A DNA stretch of 64,000 bases from Leucoraja ocellata (Eukaryota): positions 2,108,001 through 2,172,000 of the forward strand of contig JAWMAR010000079.1 of NCBI GenBank assembly GCA_036785375.1, read 5' to 3'. Both the position numbers and the translations under genes were made by a program. Positions within the stretch are counted from its first letter, which is position 1. Every line of letters begins with the position of its first letter. A model generated the notes under the pieces. That model had not been told where the DNA came from. It did no database searches and saw only the letters and a list, made by a program, of their open reading frames with translations. This document shows, piece after piece, positions 12,656 to 25,270 of the stretch.

Positions 12656-14389
12656 ATTATCAAATATTCCGCCCACAAAACTATATCATTAGAACAGTAT
12701 AACTAGTCATGATCACATCACCGTTTGCAGCTGTATTATCTAAATTACAAAGGTGACTGACTGATCTCCAAAAATCTGATCTCCATTCACTTTAAAATAG
12801 TGCAGGGGGCATCCTGTGGTTGTTAGACACAGTAAATAAAGCAGTTTTTCTGCCTGGTATGAAGAAAATAAACCATTTTAAAGTGAATGGACTGCTTCTG
12901 AAGGTCTCCGGATATACTTTTCCAGTTCTGGTTTGCACAATGTAAGCATTTCTCAGACATTAGGTGGAAAATGTCTACTTTTTTAAAATAAAAAATAAAA
13001 AACAGGCTTACTACAATGATTAATTTAAGGGAATCAGAAATATTGACAATGCAACAAATCATTAACACTTTACACTTGGCAGAGGTAATGAATGTTTACC
13101 ATTGCAGTTTTTTGGGCGTAAACAAACAGAGTCAGACTCCAACAGCAAGATTAATTATTCATTTCCTTGAAGTCTAACTCTGCAACAAGAAACCTTTCTA
13201 TTAATGACGAAGGATTTCAGAGTGCCATACTCATAAATTATGCTTTGCAGACTGATTATTTGAACAGTGTTTCCAACCTAACAAATTATTTACACTGTTG
13301 CTTGAGCAACAAGTTAAAAAACGAGCAAGTAATGGAGACGATGAAGTAAGCAAATAATTTAAGTTATCTTCAGAATTTTTTATTCAAAATGATCAGGGCC
13401 CTATTGGCAGGACACTTGGAAGATCATAATATGATCAAGAGCTTTGAAGGTTTTTATTAATGGGGGGGGGGGGGGGGGAGACGAGGGGGGGGGGGAGAAC
13501 ATTACAAGGATATAACTAAGAGGACATAAAGGGGAAACACTGGTTGCGTGAAGTTGGATTTTCACATGGCATTCAATTAGACACTTGGAAATACATGGTG
13601 CTACATAAAACCAGGACACAGAATGAGGTAATGGTACAATGGCATGGATTGAGCATTGGTTACCAGTCAAGAAATAGAGAAACTAGGAGATACGGCATAA
13701 GGGTGTGGTATATCGGCACAGAGTGAGGATTGGTTAGCCGCCAGGAAATAGTGGAAATCAAAGTGCCATGTGTCTAATAAAGTGCCAAAGTGGCATGGTC
13801 TAATAAGATGAGCATTGCAAGAATTAATTCTTGAATATCTATTTACAATCAATATTAATGTTGTAGATGACAGTTCAATGTGTGAAAGGGACAGAAAGGG
13901 ATATAGACAGTCTGGTTGAGTGGGCAAAAGCACCTTGTATACGAGTCTTGCAAGGTGGGTAGCAGAGATTTCTGTATCCAGCTGATTAAGTGCAACTTTA
14001 GTCTCCAAACTACTGCACAGGTTTGTCTACTTTAACCTACCTTGCCATAACCTTCCAAAATATGTACCCTATCAAAGTTGGCCTGTTTCCAAATGTTGTT
14101 ACAATAATGGGTAGCTGTACCCGTTTGGCTGATGTTGCTCTATACATTCCGATTGGCACAATGTTGTTAGATTCCCAATGCAACACTACAATGAAGTTGT
14201 TGGTCCCTGTGAGATATTCTCCACTGCAACCAAAGACAAGTTACAAAATGCATACGGGATTTATTATGTCATGTTCGGAGGCCAAGCTCTGTATCGTTAT
14301 GCACTCATTCACCAAGGCATATGAGAGGAAGGATCTTACAGTCCATATATGCAAATAAAGCTCCTCTATCAACCAGCCTCCACCATACA

Positions 14390-14712
14390 TGGAGTTCCCG
14401 ATGTTGGAAGAGTCCAGAACCAGGGGCCACAGTTTAAGAATAAGGAGTAAGCCATTTAGAACAGAGACAAGGAAACACTTTTTCTCACAGAGAGTGGTGA
14501 GTCTGTGGAATTCTCTGCCTCAGAAGGCGATGGAGGCAGGTTCTCTGGATGCTTTCAAGAAAGAGCTAGATAGGGCTCTTAAAAATAGCAGAGTCAGGGG
14601 ATATGGGGAGAAGGCAGGAACAGGGTACTGATTGGGGACGTTCAGCCATGATCACATTGAATGTCGGTGCTACTCGAAGGGCCAAATGGCCTACTCCTGC
14701 ACCTATTGTCTA
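14390..14712 (+). mobile_element. CR1 LINE 3' end
   Basis: ORF 14389-14631 ESRTRGHSLRIR...FFSQRVVSLWNSLPQ...FKKELDRAL; tail cctactcctgcacctattgtcta. Confidence 0.9.
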
Positions 14713-15829
14713 TATAACATTGTTCTCCAACAATAAACGTGTGCAATCACACTCTGGAAATTCACCAGCACATTCTTTGACCATCTGAGGGACGGAAAAT
14801 CACCAACACAGCTCTTGGTGATCTGAAGAAAATAATGTTTCAGCATGAATTTCTCAAATTGGTGCAAAGCTCATGATCCATATGCTCTGAGACCAGGACA
14901 ACCTGCAGCAGGCAACTCAAGGGACTGGAAAGGAAAAATAGAAAAATCAGCAATATCATCCAAATGATAAGTGAACAAATGTTAGTATTCCTGCCCCAAT
15001 GGCACTTGCTCTACTGGTCACATCCGACACTAAATTCCCAAAACAAACTATTCCTGACTCTACCGTGGTAAGAGGTTATCAGGCGGACAGAGGAAAAGAA
15101 AATTACAACATCCCCACAGCTTCCTACAAATCTCTGGCCCATAACCAGAGAAGCGTTTAGGTTGGCACCAGGCACCAGGAGCACACAGCGGTTCAGCTTA
15201 AGTGGTGGTACCACACAAACTACCATTCACTGCCCCATCTACGGCAAAATATGAGAGTTTCACATTCACCTCCTTGTTCATTTCAGAATACACAATAATG
15301 AGGTGACATTAACTCAACTTACCTTGAGGAACTGCTTAAGAAGAAAGACTCCATTTATGCTAATGTCTGCAAACCTCATCAGTTCTGGTTACCAACATGA
15401 TAATGCTTAAATTGCTGGAGTAAATGCCCTGCTTGATTACCAAGCAGTCAGCATTAGTATCAATTCTGTTGTATTGCCGTGTGCATTCTATTTCCCACAG
15501 CACTGACATTATAGGTTTCAGTTTTAACATTTATCTATAAAAAGTCTATAAATCTGAGTTATTGTTCATGGCATAGATATTGTACTTATCCATTTTAGTT
15601 CCTCAATCTCTGAACAAACTTCCAAACGCTCTGTTATCACTTCAAGTGCCAGTGAAGTTGCAGTTGTTGCTCATCTTAGACTTGGATTTGCAGGCTGCTG
15701 GAAACTGAAGCACTTGGCTATTTTTAAACCTATGGCGAGTCATGATAGCGACAGACTGAAGAATTTATTTATTTGGACAGTAAGAGTTCATGGCAACACC
15801 TTCACCACGAGGATGTGAAAGAGGAGATT

Positions 15830-16560
15830 GGTTTAGGAATCTGATAGCAGTGGGGAAGAAACTGTCCTTATGTCTGGACATCCAAACTTTCTTCTATCTT
15901 CTCCCAGAAAGTTTAAGAGAGAAAAGACAGTAGGTGTAATGTATGCAACATTTATACACATCATCAACATGCACCCTCTGAAGGGGAGGCTTTCATTAAA
16001 TGACTTGCAGATCGCATCGTTGCCGGACGTCTCTTTATTGTGCTAGTCACAACTGGGTTTTACACAAGACATACAGTGGGCAAGTGACGGCATCTTTGAC
16101 GGAACATCCAGCCGTACTGATGCAAAGCACCATGAAGATGTACTGGGTGCAACAAAGTGGTGAGCCTGTGATGGCTGAGTTCAGTCCTTTCTGCAGATTC
16201 AGGCAGTCAAGAGCAGAGCAGAGCCGACTGAGATACTTCTCATCAGAATTGCATCTGTAGACGTTCGAGAGAATCCTTGTGGACATGCTGAATCCTCAAA
16301 GACGCCGAAGAAAGTAAATACACTGATGAACTTTCTTGATCACTGCTTCAGTTTGAAGGGACTAGGTTAGGTTGCTGGTGATATGAACGACAAGGAACCT
16401 GAAGCTGTCAACCCTCTCTTTAGCAGGATGCCAAGAAACTTGAAGCTGTCGACTATCTTTGCAGCAGCTCTGTTGACGAGAACAGAATTGTATTCACTCA
16501 CCCCCACTTTCCTCGGTCAACAACCAACTTTATCGACTCACTAACATTAAGGGCTAGGTT
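15830..16560 (-). mobile_element. Degraded Rex1/Babar LINE fragment
   Basis: MSTRILSNVYRC in ORF 16047-16286; ggaacctgaagctgtc (SFRFL motif on minus); ggggaagaaactgtcc. Confidence 0.7.
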
Positions 16561-18597
16561 GTTGCAACTATTCCCTTCTTCTGGTCTCGACATTGTGTTG
16601 GTGGACGTTTCTCTGGCTAAGATGGAGGTAGTTGTTTCAAATGGTTCTCTATTCCCTTTGTGCTCCCATTGCCTAGGTCTAGAAGTTATTTTTCCTCTTC
16701 GTGTCCCTTTCTTTCTGAACCCTTGTACAAGGGAACCACATCTTGTTCCCTTGATTCTCTACCAAACAAATGGTTGACTAACTACCATCTCTGCCTGGAT
16801 GCATTTGTTCAAAGAATGGATCATAGAAAGTGTATAACACTATAGAGACCATTTCATGGTGCGGGTTGATAAAAAGTTATTGAGCCTATCTTGAAATCCA
16901 GCACTCTGTCTATAATCCTGCAGGGCACATAGTCCTTTTATGTATTCCATACCAGACCTTCTCTCCACTCTTTTGTTGTAGTTTTATTTTCCTCCGTGCC
17001 ACTCTATTTTATTTTTTACCTATTTCATGAAATGAATGCTCCCTGTATTTCTGACCATTTTAATGGAAATAGATCCTTCCTCTTTACTCTATTTAGGCCT
17101 TCATAATTTTTTGCACCTCTGTTAATTCTTTCCTCAGCCTTCACTGTTCCAAAGAAAACAACACCAACTTATCAAGGATTATCAAATATTTCCCTTAGCT
17201 ACAATTTTCCAATCCTGGCAACCGTTCATAAATCACACTTCTCTTTGTGTGATCACATCTTTCCTGTAATGTGACGATCAGAACTGTATGATTTAGTTCA
17301 GCTTAGCATAACCCATGTTACAAATGCAACCCTCCTGCCCTCAAGTTCCTTATACACACCCTTCCAACCTCCTCTCAGCTCATTTCCCCAATTTCTCCCT
17401 TTCATCTGAAATAGCAGATGGGGTATTTTTCTGGAGAGCTTCATTAGACAGCAGAGGTTCGATATCAATGAAGATTTGTGTTGCCAGATTCGCCGAACAC
17501 TGTGTTAACGTTTTCTTTACTTGATGCACCATTTTGGCAAGGATTCGAGTGGCATTCATTTAATCAATGTGATAAAATGGTTATGCACAACCCATAGGGT
17601 TAAGTTGCCACTGTAAGTTGTTCCCAGTGCATAGGTGATGGAATTTGCAGGCAGTTGATGACAGTATATGGAGAATGAAAGAAATGATGAATATAGGATC
17701 AGTGAAAATGTGTCAGCTATGGTCGGTATGAATTTAGTGGGCCAAAGAGTTTCATGCTGCGCTCTCTACAATTTGGTGGTTATCAATAGATAACAGTTGC
17801 TATCAATTTCAATAAAGATTTCAAAAAAAACATATAGAACTCGCATGCATTTCAGGAGAAATTAAATAAACACAGGATGGAGAAAGGATTGGACAAGTTG
17901 ATGGGCAGGCATGAGAAGGGGTGGGTGTAGTTTTATGTGAAACATAAGCCTGTAAGGCTGAATGACCTTTGTATTTAAATGTAATGCCAGACTGCATAAT
18001 AATTTGGAACCTTAACCTGTTGTTGAAAATAAATGGATAGGTGGATGCTGTACTTCATAATTAGAATAGTATTTGATAGCTAATCAGTCCACAGACTGAA
18101 TGTGGTGCCAATAGGTCTAACCAATTATCAAAGCATGTCTCATTCTCACGAATGCATGTGCATGATTCAGCAATGTCAATGTCACAAGAGGTACACTTGG
18201 GCAACCCTTGGACTTGTTTCTCGCAAGTTTACATCACTCCTCCCTAAAGGAAAACAATGGTGAAGGTTCAATCTCCTCAACACAGTGTCAGTCCACCCAG
18301 CAAACTTGCTAACATTGAATCTGCCACCTTGATACTTGGGGTAATTTGCTGTGCCTGTGGGAAGGTAAATCTTACTGGGATTTTATAAGCCACAAGTACC
18401 CTCTGTTTTGACGATTTCAAAAAGATAAGCTTGTTTTTTTAATCACAGTGACTGGGACTTTGAATGGGTTAGGCAGTTGGCTGAGGATGCCCCACACCTT
18501 CGGCATCACTAAGAGGTCAGCAAAATTATATGAACAGTGCAGTTTTAGAAACAATGGAATTAAAATATTTTGGATTAGCTCAAATCACTTGTTTACT

Positions 18598-18880
18598 TGT
18601 AGAAACAAAGAACTGCAGATGCTGGTTAATACACAAAAAGTACTGGAGTAAGCAGCATCTCTGGAGAACATGGGTAGGTAATGTTTCGGGTCAAGACCTT
18701 TTGAGTACAGGTTTAGTTTATTGTCACATGTACCTACATACAGTGAAAAGCTTTTGTTGCATGCTAACCAGTCAGCGGAAAGACAATACATGATTACAAT
18801 TGAGCCATCCACAGTGCACAAATACATGAAAAAGGGAAAAACTCGAATAAAGTTACTCCAGCACTTTGTGTCCTTTTGCC
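18598..18880. mobile_element. Penelope pseudo-LTR fold-back remnant interrupted by a Rex1-type tail
   Basis: gaactgcagatgctgg...cagcatctctggagaac...gtttcgggtcaagacc, then gtttattgtcacatg tail, then inverted agttactccagcactttgtgtcc. Confidence 0.65.
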
Positions 18881-18913
18881 ATTTGATTAGTTGACACACC
18901 AGTCCACTGCTCA

Positions 18914-19135
18914 AGAAGGAACTGCAGATGCTGGAAAATCGAAGGTAGACAAAAGTGCTGGAGAAACTCAGCGGGTGCGGCAGCATCTATGGAGCGACGG
19001 AAATAGGCAACGTTTCTAGCCGAAACCCTTCTTCAGACTGAAATAGGCAACGTTTCGGGCCAAAACCCTTCTTCAGGCCATCACTCCATAGATGCTGCCG
19101 CACCCGCTGAGTTTCTCCAGCACTTTTGTCTACCT
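18914..19135. mobile_element. Penelope-derived fold-back element with 52-bp inverted arms
   Basis: 18943-18994 is the exact reverse complement of 19084-19135; flanked by agtccactgc (18901-18910) and agtctactgc (19136-19145). Confidence 0.85.
19001..19079 (-). ncRNA. Two tandem minimal hammerhead ribozyme motifs
   Basis: Minus strand: GGC CUGAAGA AGGG-UUUUGG-CCC GAAA CGUU GCC uauuuc AGU CUGAAGA AGGG-UUUCGG-CUA GAAA CGUU GCC; CUGANGA/GAAA core with AACGUU palindrome in place of helix III. Confidence 0.7.
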
Positions 19136-19510
19136 AGTCTACTGCCACCCAGAATAATTCAGAATAAATGCCCATCGAATGCTGACCGATACTTGCTCCT
19201 TGAGCTGATTTTAATATCCATTACCCCATTTTCACACCCCTCCATTGTCTCCATCTTTCCTAAATCTGTGACCTCCTCCAGCCCTATGCACTGTAAAATC
19301 TCTGCATTTCTTTCTATTTGGCCTTTTGCTTATTCCCAGTTTCTATCACTCCCACCACTGACAGCCCTTGCTTTTCTGCCAAGGAGTGGAATTCCCTCAA
19401 TAAATCTTCCACCTCTTTTAATTTGCCCCTTAAAACTCACCATTTTGACCACCTGTTCACTGCCCTAATATATCCTATTGTGGCTCAGTAACAATTTTTC
19501 TTTGGGTTAT

Positions 19511-19732
19511 GTGTAGGAAGGAACTACAGATGCTGGTTTAAACCAAAGAAAGGGACAAAAAGCTGGAGTAACTCAGCGGGACAGGCAGCATCTCTGGAGA
19601 GAAGGAATAGGTGACGTTTCAGGTCGACTTCCAGTCTGAAGAAGGGTCTCGACCCAAAACGCCACCCATTCCTTCTTTCCAGAGATGCTGCTCGTCCCAC
19701 TTAAGTTACTCCAACTTTTTGTGTCCATCTTT
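19511..19732. mobile_element. Second Penelope pseudo-LTR fold-back element with central degenerate hammerhead
   Basis: Imperfect inverted arms around ctgaagaagggtctcgacccaaaac (19636-19660; GAAA changed to AAAA). Confidence 0.75.
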
Positions 19733-20605
19733 CTTTATGTAATGCTGCCTAGAGAAATTTTGCAACTTAAAAGATGCCATAAACGCAAAGAGTTACAATT
19801 GTTGTTTCTCTTATTTAGTTTTAAGGGCCAACACAACAGATATTCTTCTTTAATTGTTTGCATTAAGTATGTCATAATAACATGAGTTAAGGAAACTCAG
19901 CTTTCAAATGTTGTTCCATGCATAGGGCACAGACCTCAGAATTGCAGTTTCATGCCTATACACCAGACGTTTATCACAAGCAACAGAAGGTGGATTTCCA
20001 TTGTCTCATACTAACGTACAGTGACAAAACAGCCTCACCTACATACTGATCTTATTTTGAACCATTGATATTTTTCTATGGGGCCATTGGATGGAGAATT
20101 AGTTACAACTGGGCAATGTTTCCTAGGCAGATCAGAACATGTGACAAAGTAGAAGTGAGTCACTTTATCACTCAGCTTCATACAGGTGTTTATGCTCCAT
20201 ACTATCCACCCCTTTAATACATCTATACTATTCATCTCAACAACTTTCTTAGGAAAGAAGTTACGCATTCTTACCATTCCCTCAGTAAAGACATTTCTTC
20301 TTAATTCCCATTTGATTTATTGGTGAGAATCTTAAATTGACAGTCTCAGGTATGCTCGTTCCTACAAGTAGAAACATTATTTTTGTATGCACTTTATCAA
20401 AAGCTTGCATAATTTTAAAGATAGTTTTCAAGGCCTTTCTTTCTCACGAAGAATAAGAGACATCGTCTATTCATCTTTGGAATCAACTTTGGAAATCTTC
20501 TCTGAACCCTCTCTAGTGGTTCAATATCATTATAACATGACAATCAGAAATGTACACAGTGCTCCAAGTGTGGTCTTACCAGGGTTTGATACAACAGTCA
20601 GAAAG

Positions 20606-21250
20606 TCAAGCAGCAGCTGTGGAGGGAACTGGACACTTGACGTCTCAAGTCGGGATCCTTCATCTGTACTGAAAGAGGGGAGATAGCCAGTATAAATAGT
20701 TTTGGGGGGGGAGATCGAGATAAAGTTGGATTGACTGGCAGATGGATCCCAGGTGGGAGGGAATGGTGAAGTGACAAAAGCTGGTAGGTGATAGGAGGCA
20801 ACATGGGCGGCAGATATGAAATCTGATAGGTAACAAAGGTGAAGTATAGAACCAAATAAAGGTAGTAGGTTTTTGGCAGATGGAAACTGTGGGAGGAGTA
20901 CGTGGGTGATAGACATATGGAGTGGCTGGGGAAATGGAAAAAAAGTGTGCGGGGGTGCTGGGTAGAATGAGAAAGAAAGACACAAGAGCAGTTGAAGGTT
21001 TCTTGAAATTAGAGAATTCAATCCTTATGTTATTGGTTTGCAGATCTCCAAGGTAGAATATGAGGCGATGTTCCTCTAGTTTGCAAGTAGCCTCACCTTG
21101 GCTGGGAACAGACAGGTCAGAGACGCAAGAGAGTGCATTGGATGGAATCTTGAGCAAAAAAACAAAGTGCTGGAGGAACTCAGCGGGCCAGGCAACATCT
21201 GTGGAGAGTAATTTCAAAATAGAGTTCCTTGCACCGTTTTTCAGACCAAG
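20606..21250 (-). mobile_element. Degraded Penelope-like element 3' end (GIY-YIG C-terminus plus pseudo-LTRs)
   Basis: ORF 20660-21217 contains SQGEATCKLEEHRLIFYLGDLQTNNIRIEFSNFK, homologous to the 59898-60224 C-terminus. Confidence 0.8.
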
Positions 21251-21751
21251 ATCCTTCTTCTTGAGGTTGGGAATGAGAAGAGAAACTGAAAATGGAGGAG
21301 GAATTCAAATAGCTTGCAACCAGGAGCTCCAGATGACCAGATAACATTTTTATGGGCTTGCCAACCCACTGCACAATCTTAAATGATTGGTGTATTTGTA
21401 TTCCAAGATCTATTTGATCTTCTACCTGACCTCTTCCTCTTCCCTATTGATCCTTACAAACATACAGCCTCACAAGCATCTGTATTGGACTTCATTTGCC
21501 AATTATTTACTCTTCCTGCAAGTTTACTAACATCTTCCTTGAAATGTGTTGCACCTTGAATATTGTCTATCCATCCTCCAATGTAGCATCATCAACACAT
21601 TTATAAATTGTTCCCGATTCATTTATGTGAACTGTGAGCAGCAGCCGTTTACTATAGGGTACCCCACTATTGACTGTCTTCCACTATAAATAGCTATTCT
21701 TAATTCCACCTGTCTGCTTTTGTCCTGAGGTCAGCCAGCAATCTATTTGGC

Positions 21752-21875
21752 GAGACACAAAATGCTGAAGAAGGGTCCCGACTCGAAACATCACCTATCC
21801 ATTCTCTCCAAAGATGCTGCCTCATCCGCTGAGTTACTCCAACCTTGGTACAAACCAGATCTGCTGTTCCTTGCT
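21752..21875 (+). mobile_element. Penelope pseudo-LTR with hammerhead core
   Basis: ctgaagaagggtcccgactcgaaacatc (21765-21792) followed by agatgctgcctcatccgctgagttactcc. Confidence 0.7.
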
Positions 21876-23309
21876 TTCAAAATCCATTTGGTGACTTTTT
21901 TTGAGCTGTTTCAATATTCTATATGGGGTATCTCATTGAAGGTTTCGTGAAATCTAGATAATTTACAATTACTGTATTATCATTGTCTATTCTCGCTGTC
22001 ACCTCTTCAAAAGGTTCATTAAGTTTCAAACATTCTTTTTTCCATTTCAAGACGTCCTTCAGCTCTCTCCTTTGGTTTTCCACCATCCTTCATCCAATCT
22101 TAGGTTGACTGATTTATAATTCCCTGGCCATGTTCTATTCCCCTTAAACATTACTTTGGCTATCTGTCAGACCTCTGGCCCTACAGCTTTTTCCAATGAC
22201 ATACTATCAGAAGCAAGGCTTCTGCTCAGCACTTTGGTTTACAAAGCATAGGATTCCCTGTGCTGCATTTCTTATAGCAGCCTCCTTGGCTAGTTCAGCC
22301 ACCTTAAAAAAAATGTTTATCTATAAAATGCCTGGGTCTCTCTGTTCAGAGGGGTGGAGGCTTACAGCTCGCATGTTCGAGCCAAACAACCCTTGTTATC
22401 TCGAGAGGGCTTCTCTGGATTGGTTTGCCAGTACTGATCTGGACACTGCCAGGGAAGTCTAACAGAGAGTCTGGCGCCCTGTTTTATTTGTGGGATGCAA
22501 TGCCTGCCATGTTCCTGTCACATCGATTAAGAGGAATGACTATGATGACAGTTCATTCCCGAGAATGCTTCTCGCACTCCTGGAATTTATTTCTTTGTCT
22601 GCTTTGCATTCTGGAGACTGAGCTGTTGCTCGGAGCTTGCTTTGCTGTTTCCCTGCCACTCTCTGATTAAGCAGGAATGGCTCAGCAATCTATACAGACA
22701 CTTCCACTGATATGCATATATCCACCCGTGTGAAAATAAGAAAAAGGGAGTGAACAGGGCCAGACTGACGCCAGCGATTTCAGCAGACCACTCTAAAGAC
22801 CTCACTGGAAAATGGGAAATGATTGGGGAGGTGGATGTGTAGACAACAGCATATCAGCCCTTTTACAGCCGAAAATTAATCCACCTGCGGATTAACGCAT
22901 ACAACTAAAATACTCAGTGCATTAACTAAAAGGGCCACTGCAGGCAGAGGGACAGCCGACTCACAATGTAGAAATCCTACAGGATCAGGAACGACAGTGA
23001 GTTTATAGGAGTGGAAATCCCACAATGTCAGAAGGAACAATAGTTATACAGGTATTGGAATCCAACAGGATCAAATGGGACACTGGCTTTATAGCTGTTG
23101 GACACCCACAGAAATGCTTGGGAAATGGTTTTTGGAGGTCTGTAAATTTCACAGGTTCAGGTGGAAGACTGACATCACATCCTACCCAAATATTATTTTC
23201 CATTGATGAGTATTCTGGAGATTCCATCCATGACGGGAAAGGTGCTACATATTGATTCAGGATTAACCATTTTGAATATTGAAGACAATTTGAAGTTCAT
23301 AAATCTGAT

Positions 23310-24595
23310 AACATGAGGGAAGAAGTTGTTCTCGAGTCTGATGGCGAGTGTTTTCAAGCTTCTGTACCTTCTGCTGGACAGCGCAGGAAAAGAAGGAATG
23401 ATTTGTTTGTTATATTAGCTGCTTTTTCAAGGCAGCATGAAGTGTAGATGGAGTCAATGGTGGAAAATCTCATCTGTGCGATGGACGGTGCTACAACTAC
23501 AACTCTCTGCACTTTCCTGCAGTCTTGGTCAGAACTATTCCCAAACCAAGCTGTGAGACAACCCTACAGTATGCTTTCTATAGTGCATCTATAAAAGTCT
23601 GTAAGAGTCACTGGAGATATGCCAAATTTCCTCAGTTTCTCAGGAAGTAGAGGCATTGGTATGCCTTCTTGGCTATCACACCTACGTGGTTGGTCTACGA
23701 CAGATCATTGGTAATATTAACGCAGAGGAATTTGACGCTCTTAACCATTTCCACACCGCTGAGGCTAATAGGGCCATGTACTCCACCATGCTTCCTGAAG
23801 CCAATAACTAGTTGCTTCATCTTGCTGACATAGATGGAGAGGTGAATGGCCTGCTGCCATGTAATTCATATCTTCATCCCCTTCCTGTACTCCATCTCAT
23901 CATTGTTTGTGATTTGACCTGCCACTGGTGTTATCTGCAAACTTATAGATGGAATTAGATATGAATTTGACGTACAGTCGTGAATATATAAGCAGTGTAT
24001 AAGGGAACTGAAAACACATCCTTATGGATCACCAGTATTGAGAATTATTGTGGAGGAGGTAATGTCACCTATCCTCAGTGATTGAGGTCTGTGAGTCATA
24101 AAGTTGAGGATCCAGTGGCTAAAGTGATCATTATCATAATCATACTTTATTAGCCAAGTATGTTTAGCAACATACGCGGAATTTGGAGAGCTAATTCCTA
24201 GGTTGAGTACGGAGATGAGTTTGGATAAGATTATAGTGTTGAAGGCAAAGTGATAGTCAATAATTAGGAGTCCAATGTAGGAGTCCTTGTTGTCTAGGTG
24301 CTCCAGAGATGAGTATGGTGCCAGGGAGATGACGGTTGCTGTGGACCTGTTGTGACAGTAAGCGAACTGCAGTCGGTCAAGGATGGCTGGGAGGCTGGTG
24401 TTAATGTATGCCATCACTGGTCTCTCAAAACCACAATGATGGCGAATGTCAGAGCCATTGGAGGGTAGGATCAATAAGGCACGTTAGCTTACCTTTCTTT
24501 GGCACCAGGATGATAGTGGTCTTTATGAAGCAGGTGAGGATCACAGAATGTAGTGAGAGATTAAAGATGTCTATGAACACCTCCGCCAGCTGATC
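23310..24595 (-). mobile_element. Rex1/Babar LINE RT fragment (pseudogenised)
   Basis: ORF 24022-24474 FERPVMAYINTSLP...LQFAY..NRST...LEHLDNKDSY...AFNTII.SKL. Confidence 0.85.
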
Positions 24596-24609
24596 CACAC
24601 TAATATAAG

Positions 24610-25270
24610 TGGGGTGGAGTACACGCTCTAGGCTATATCAATGGTGCTGAAATAGAGATAGTCGAGAGCTTCAGGTTCCTAGGCATAAATATCACCAACA
24701 ATAATGTCCTGGTTCAACCAAATGGATGTTAAGGCCAAGATATCATACCAAAGTCTCTACTTTCTCAGAAGATGAAAGAAACATGTTTCAAATAACTCTT
24801 ACCAATTTCCACAGATGCACCATAGAAAGCATACTATCGGGATCTAGCACAGCTTAGTTTGACAACTGAATTGTGAATCAGACCAGTACATCACACGTCA
24901 GCCTCCCTCCCTCTCTCTCCCCCATGACTTTACAAATTACACTGCCTCAGGAAAGGAACCAAGATAATCAAGGATCACTCATACTCCATTGGACAGAAGA
25001 TTTTAAAAAGCTCATACGCATGTACCACTAGATTCAACGACAGCTCCGTCCCTGTTGTTATAAGACTCGTGAATTGACCTCAGGTGCATTCCCGATTCCC
25101 CAATCTACCTCGATACAGCCCTTGTATCTTTTCATTTATCTGCACATCCTCTGTAGCTATAACATTATATACTGCATGGTTTGGTTGTAATCATGTATGG
25201 ATCATTTACCTGGAAAGCACGCCATATGGCCTTCCAGTGTATCTTAGTTCATGTGACAATAATAAACCAA
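24610..25270 (+). mobile_element. Rex1/Babar LINE 3' fragment, opposite orientation to the adjacent copy
   Basis: INGAEIEIVESFRFLGINIT, RCTIESILSG, tail catgtgacaataataaacc. Confidence 0.8.

Noticed and set aside
14023-14358. Vingi/Ingi LINE remnant (LLDSQCNTTMKLL)
   Set aside because: Resemblance too weak to support without a profile search
15486-15520. Plus-strand microexon after ttctatttcccacag
   Set aside because: Would be 14 nt with a weak donor (gtttca)
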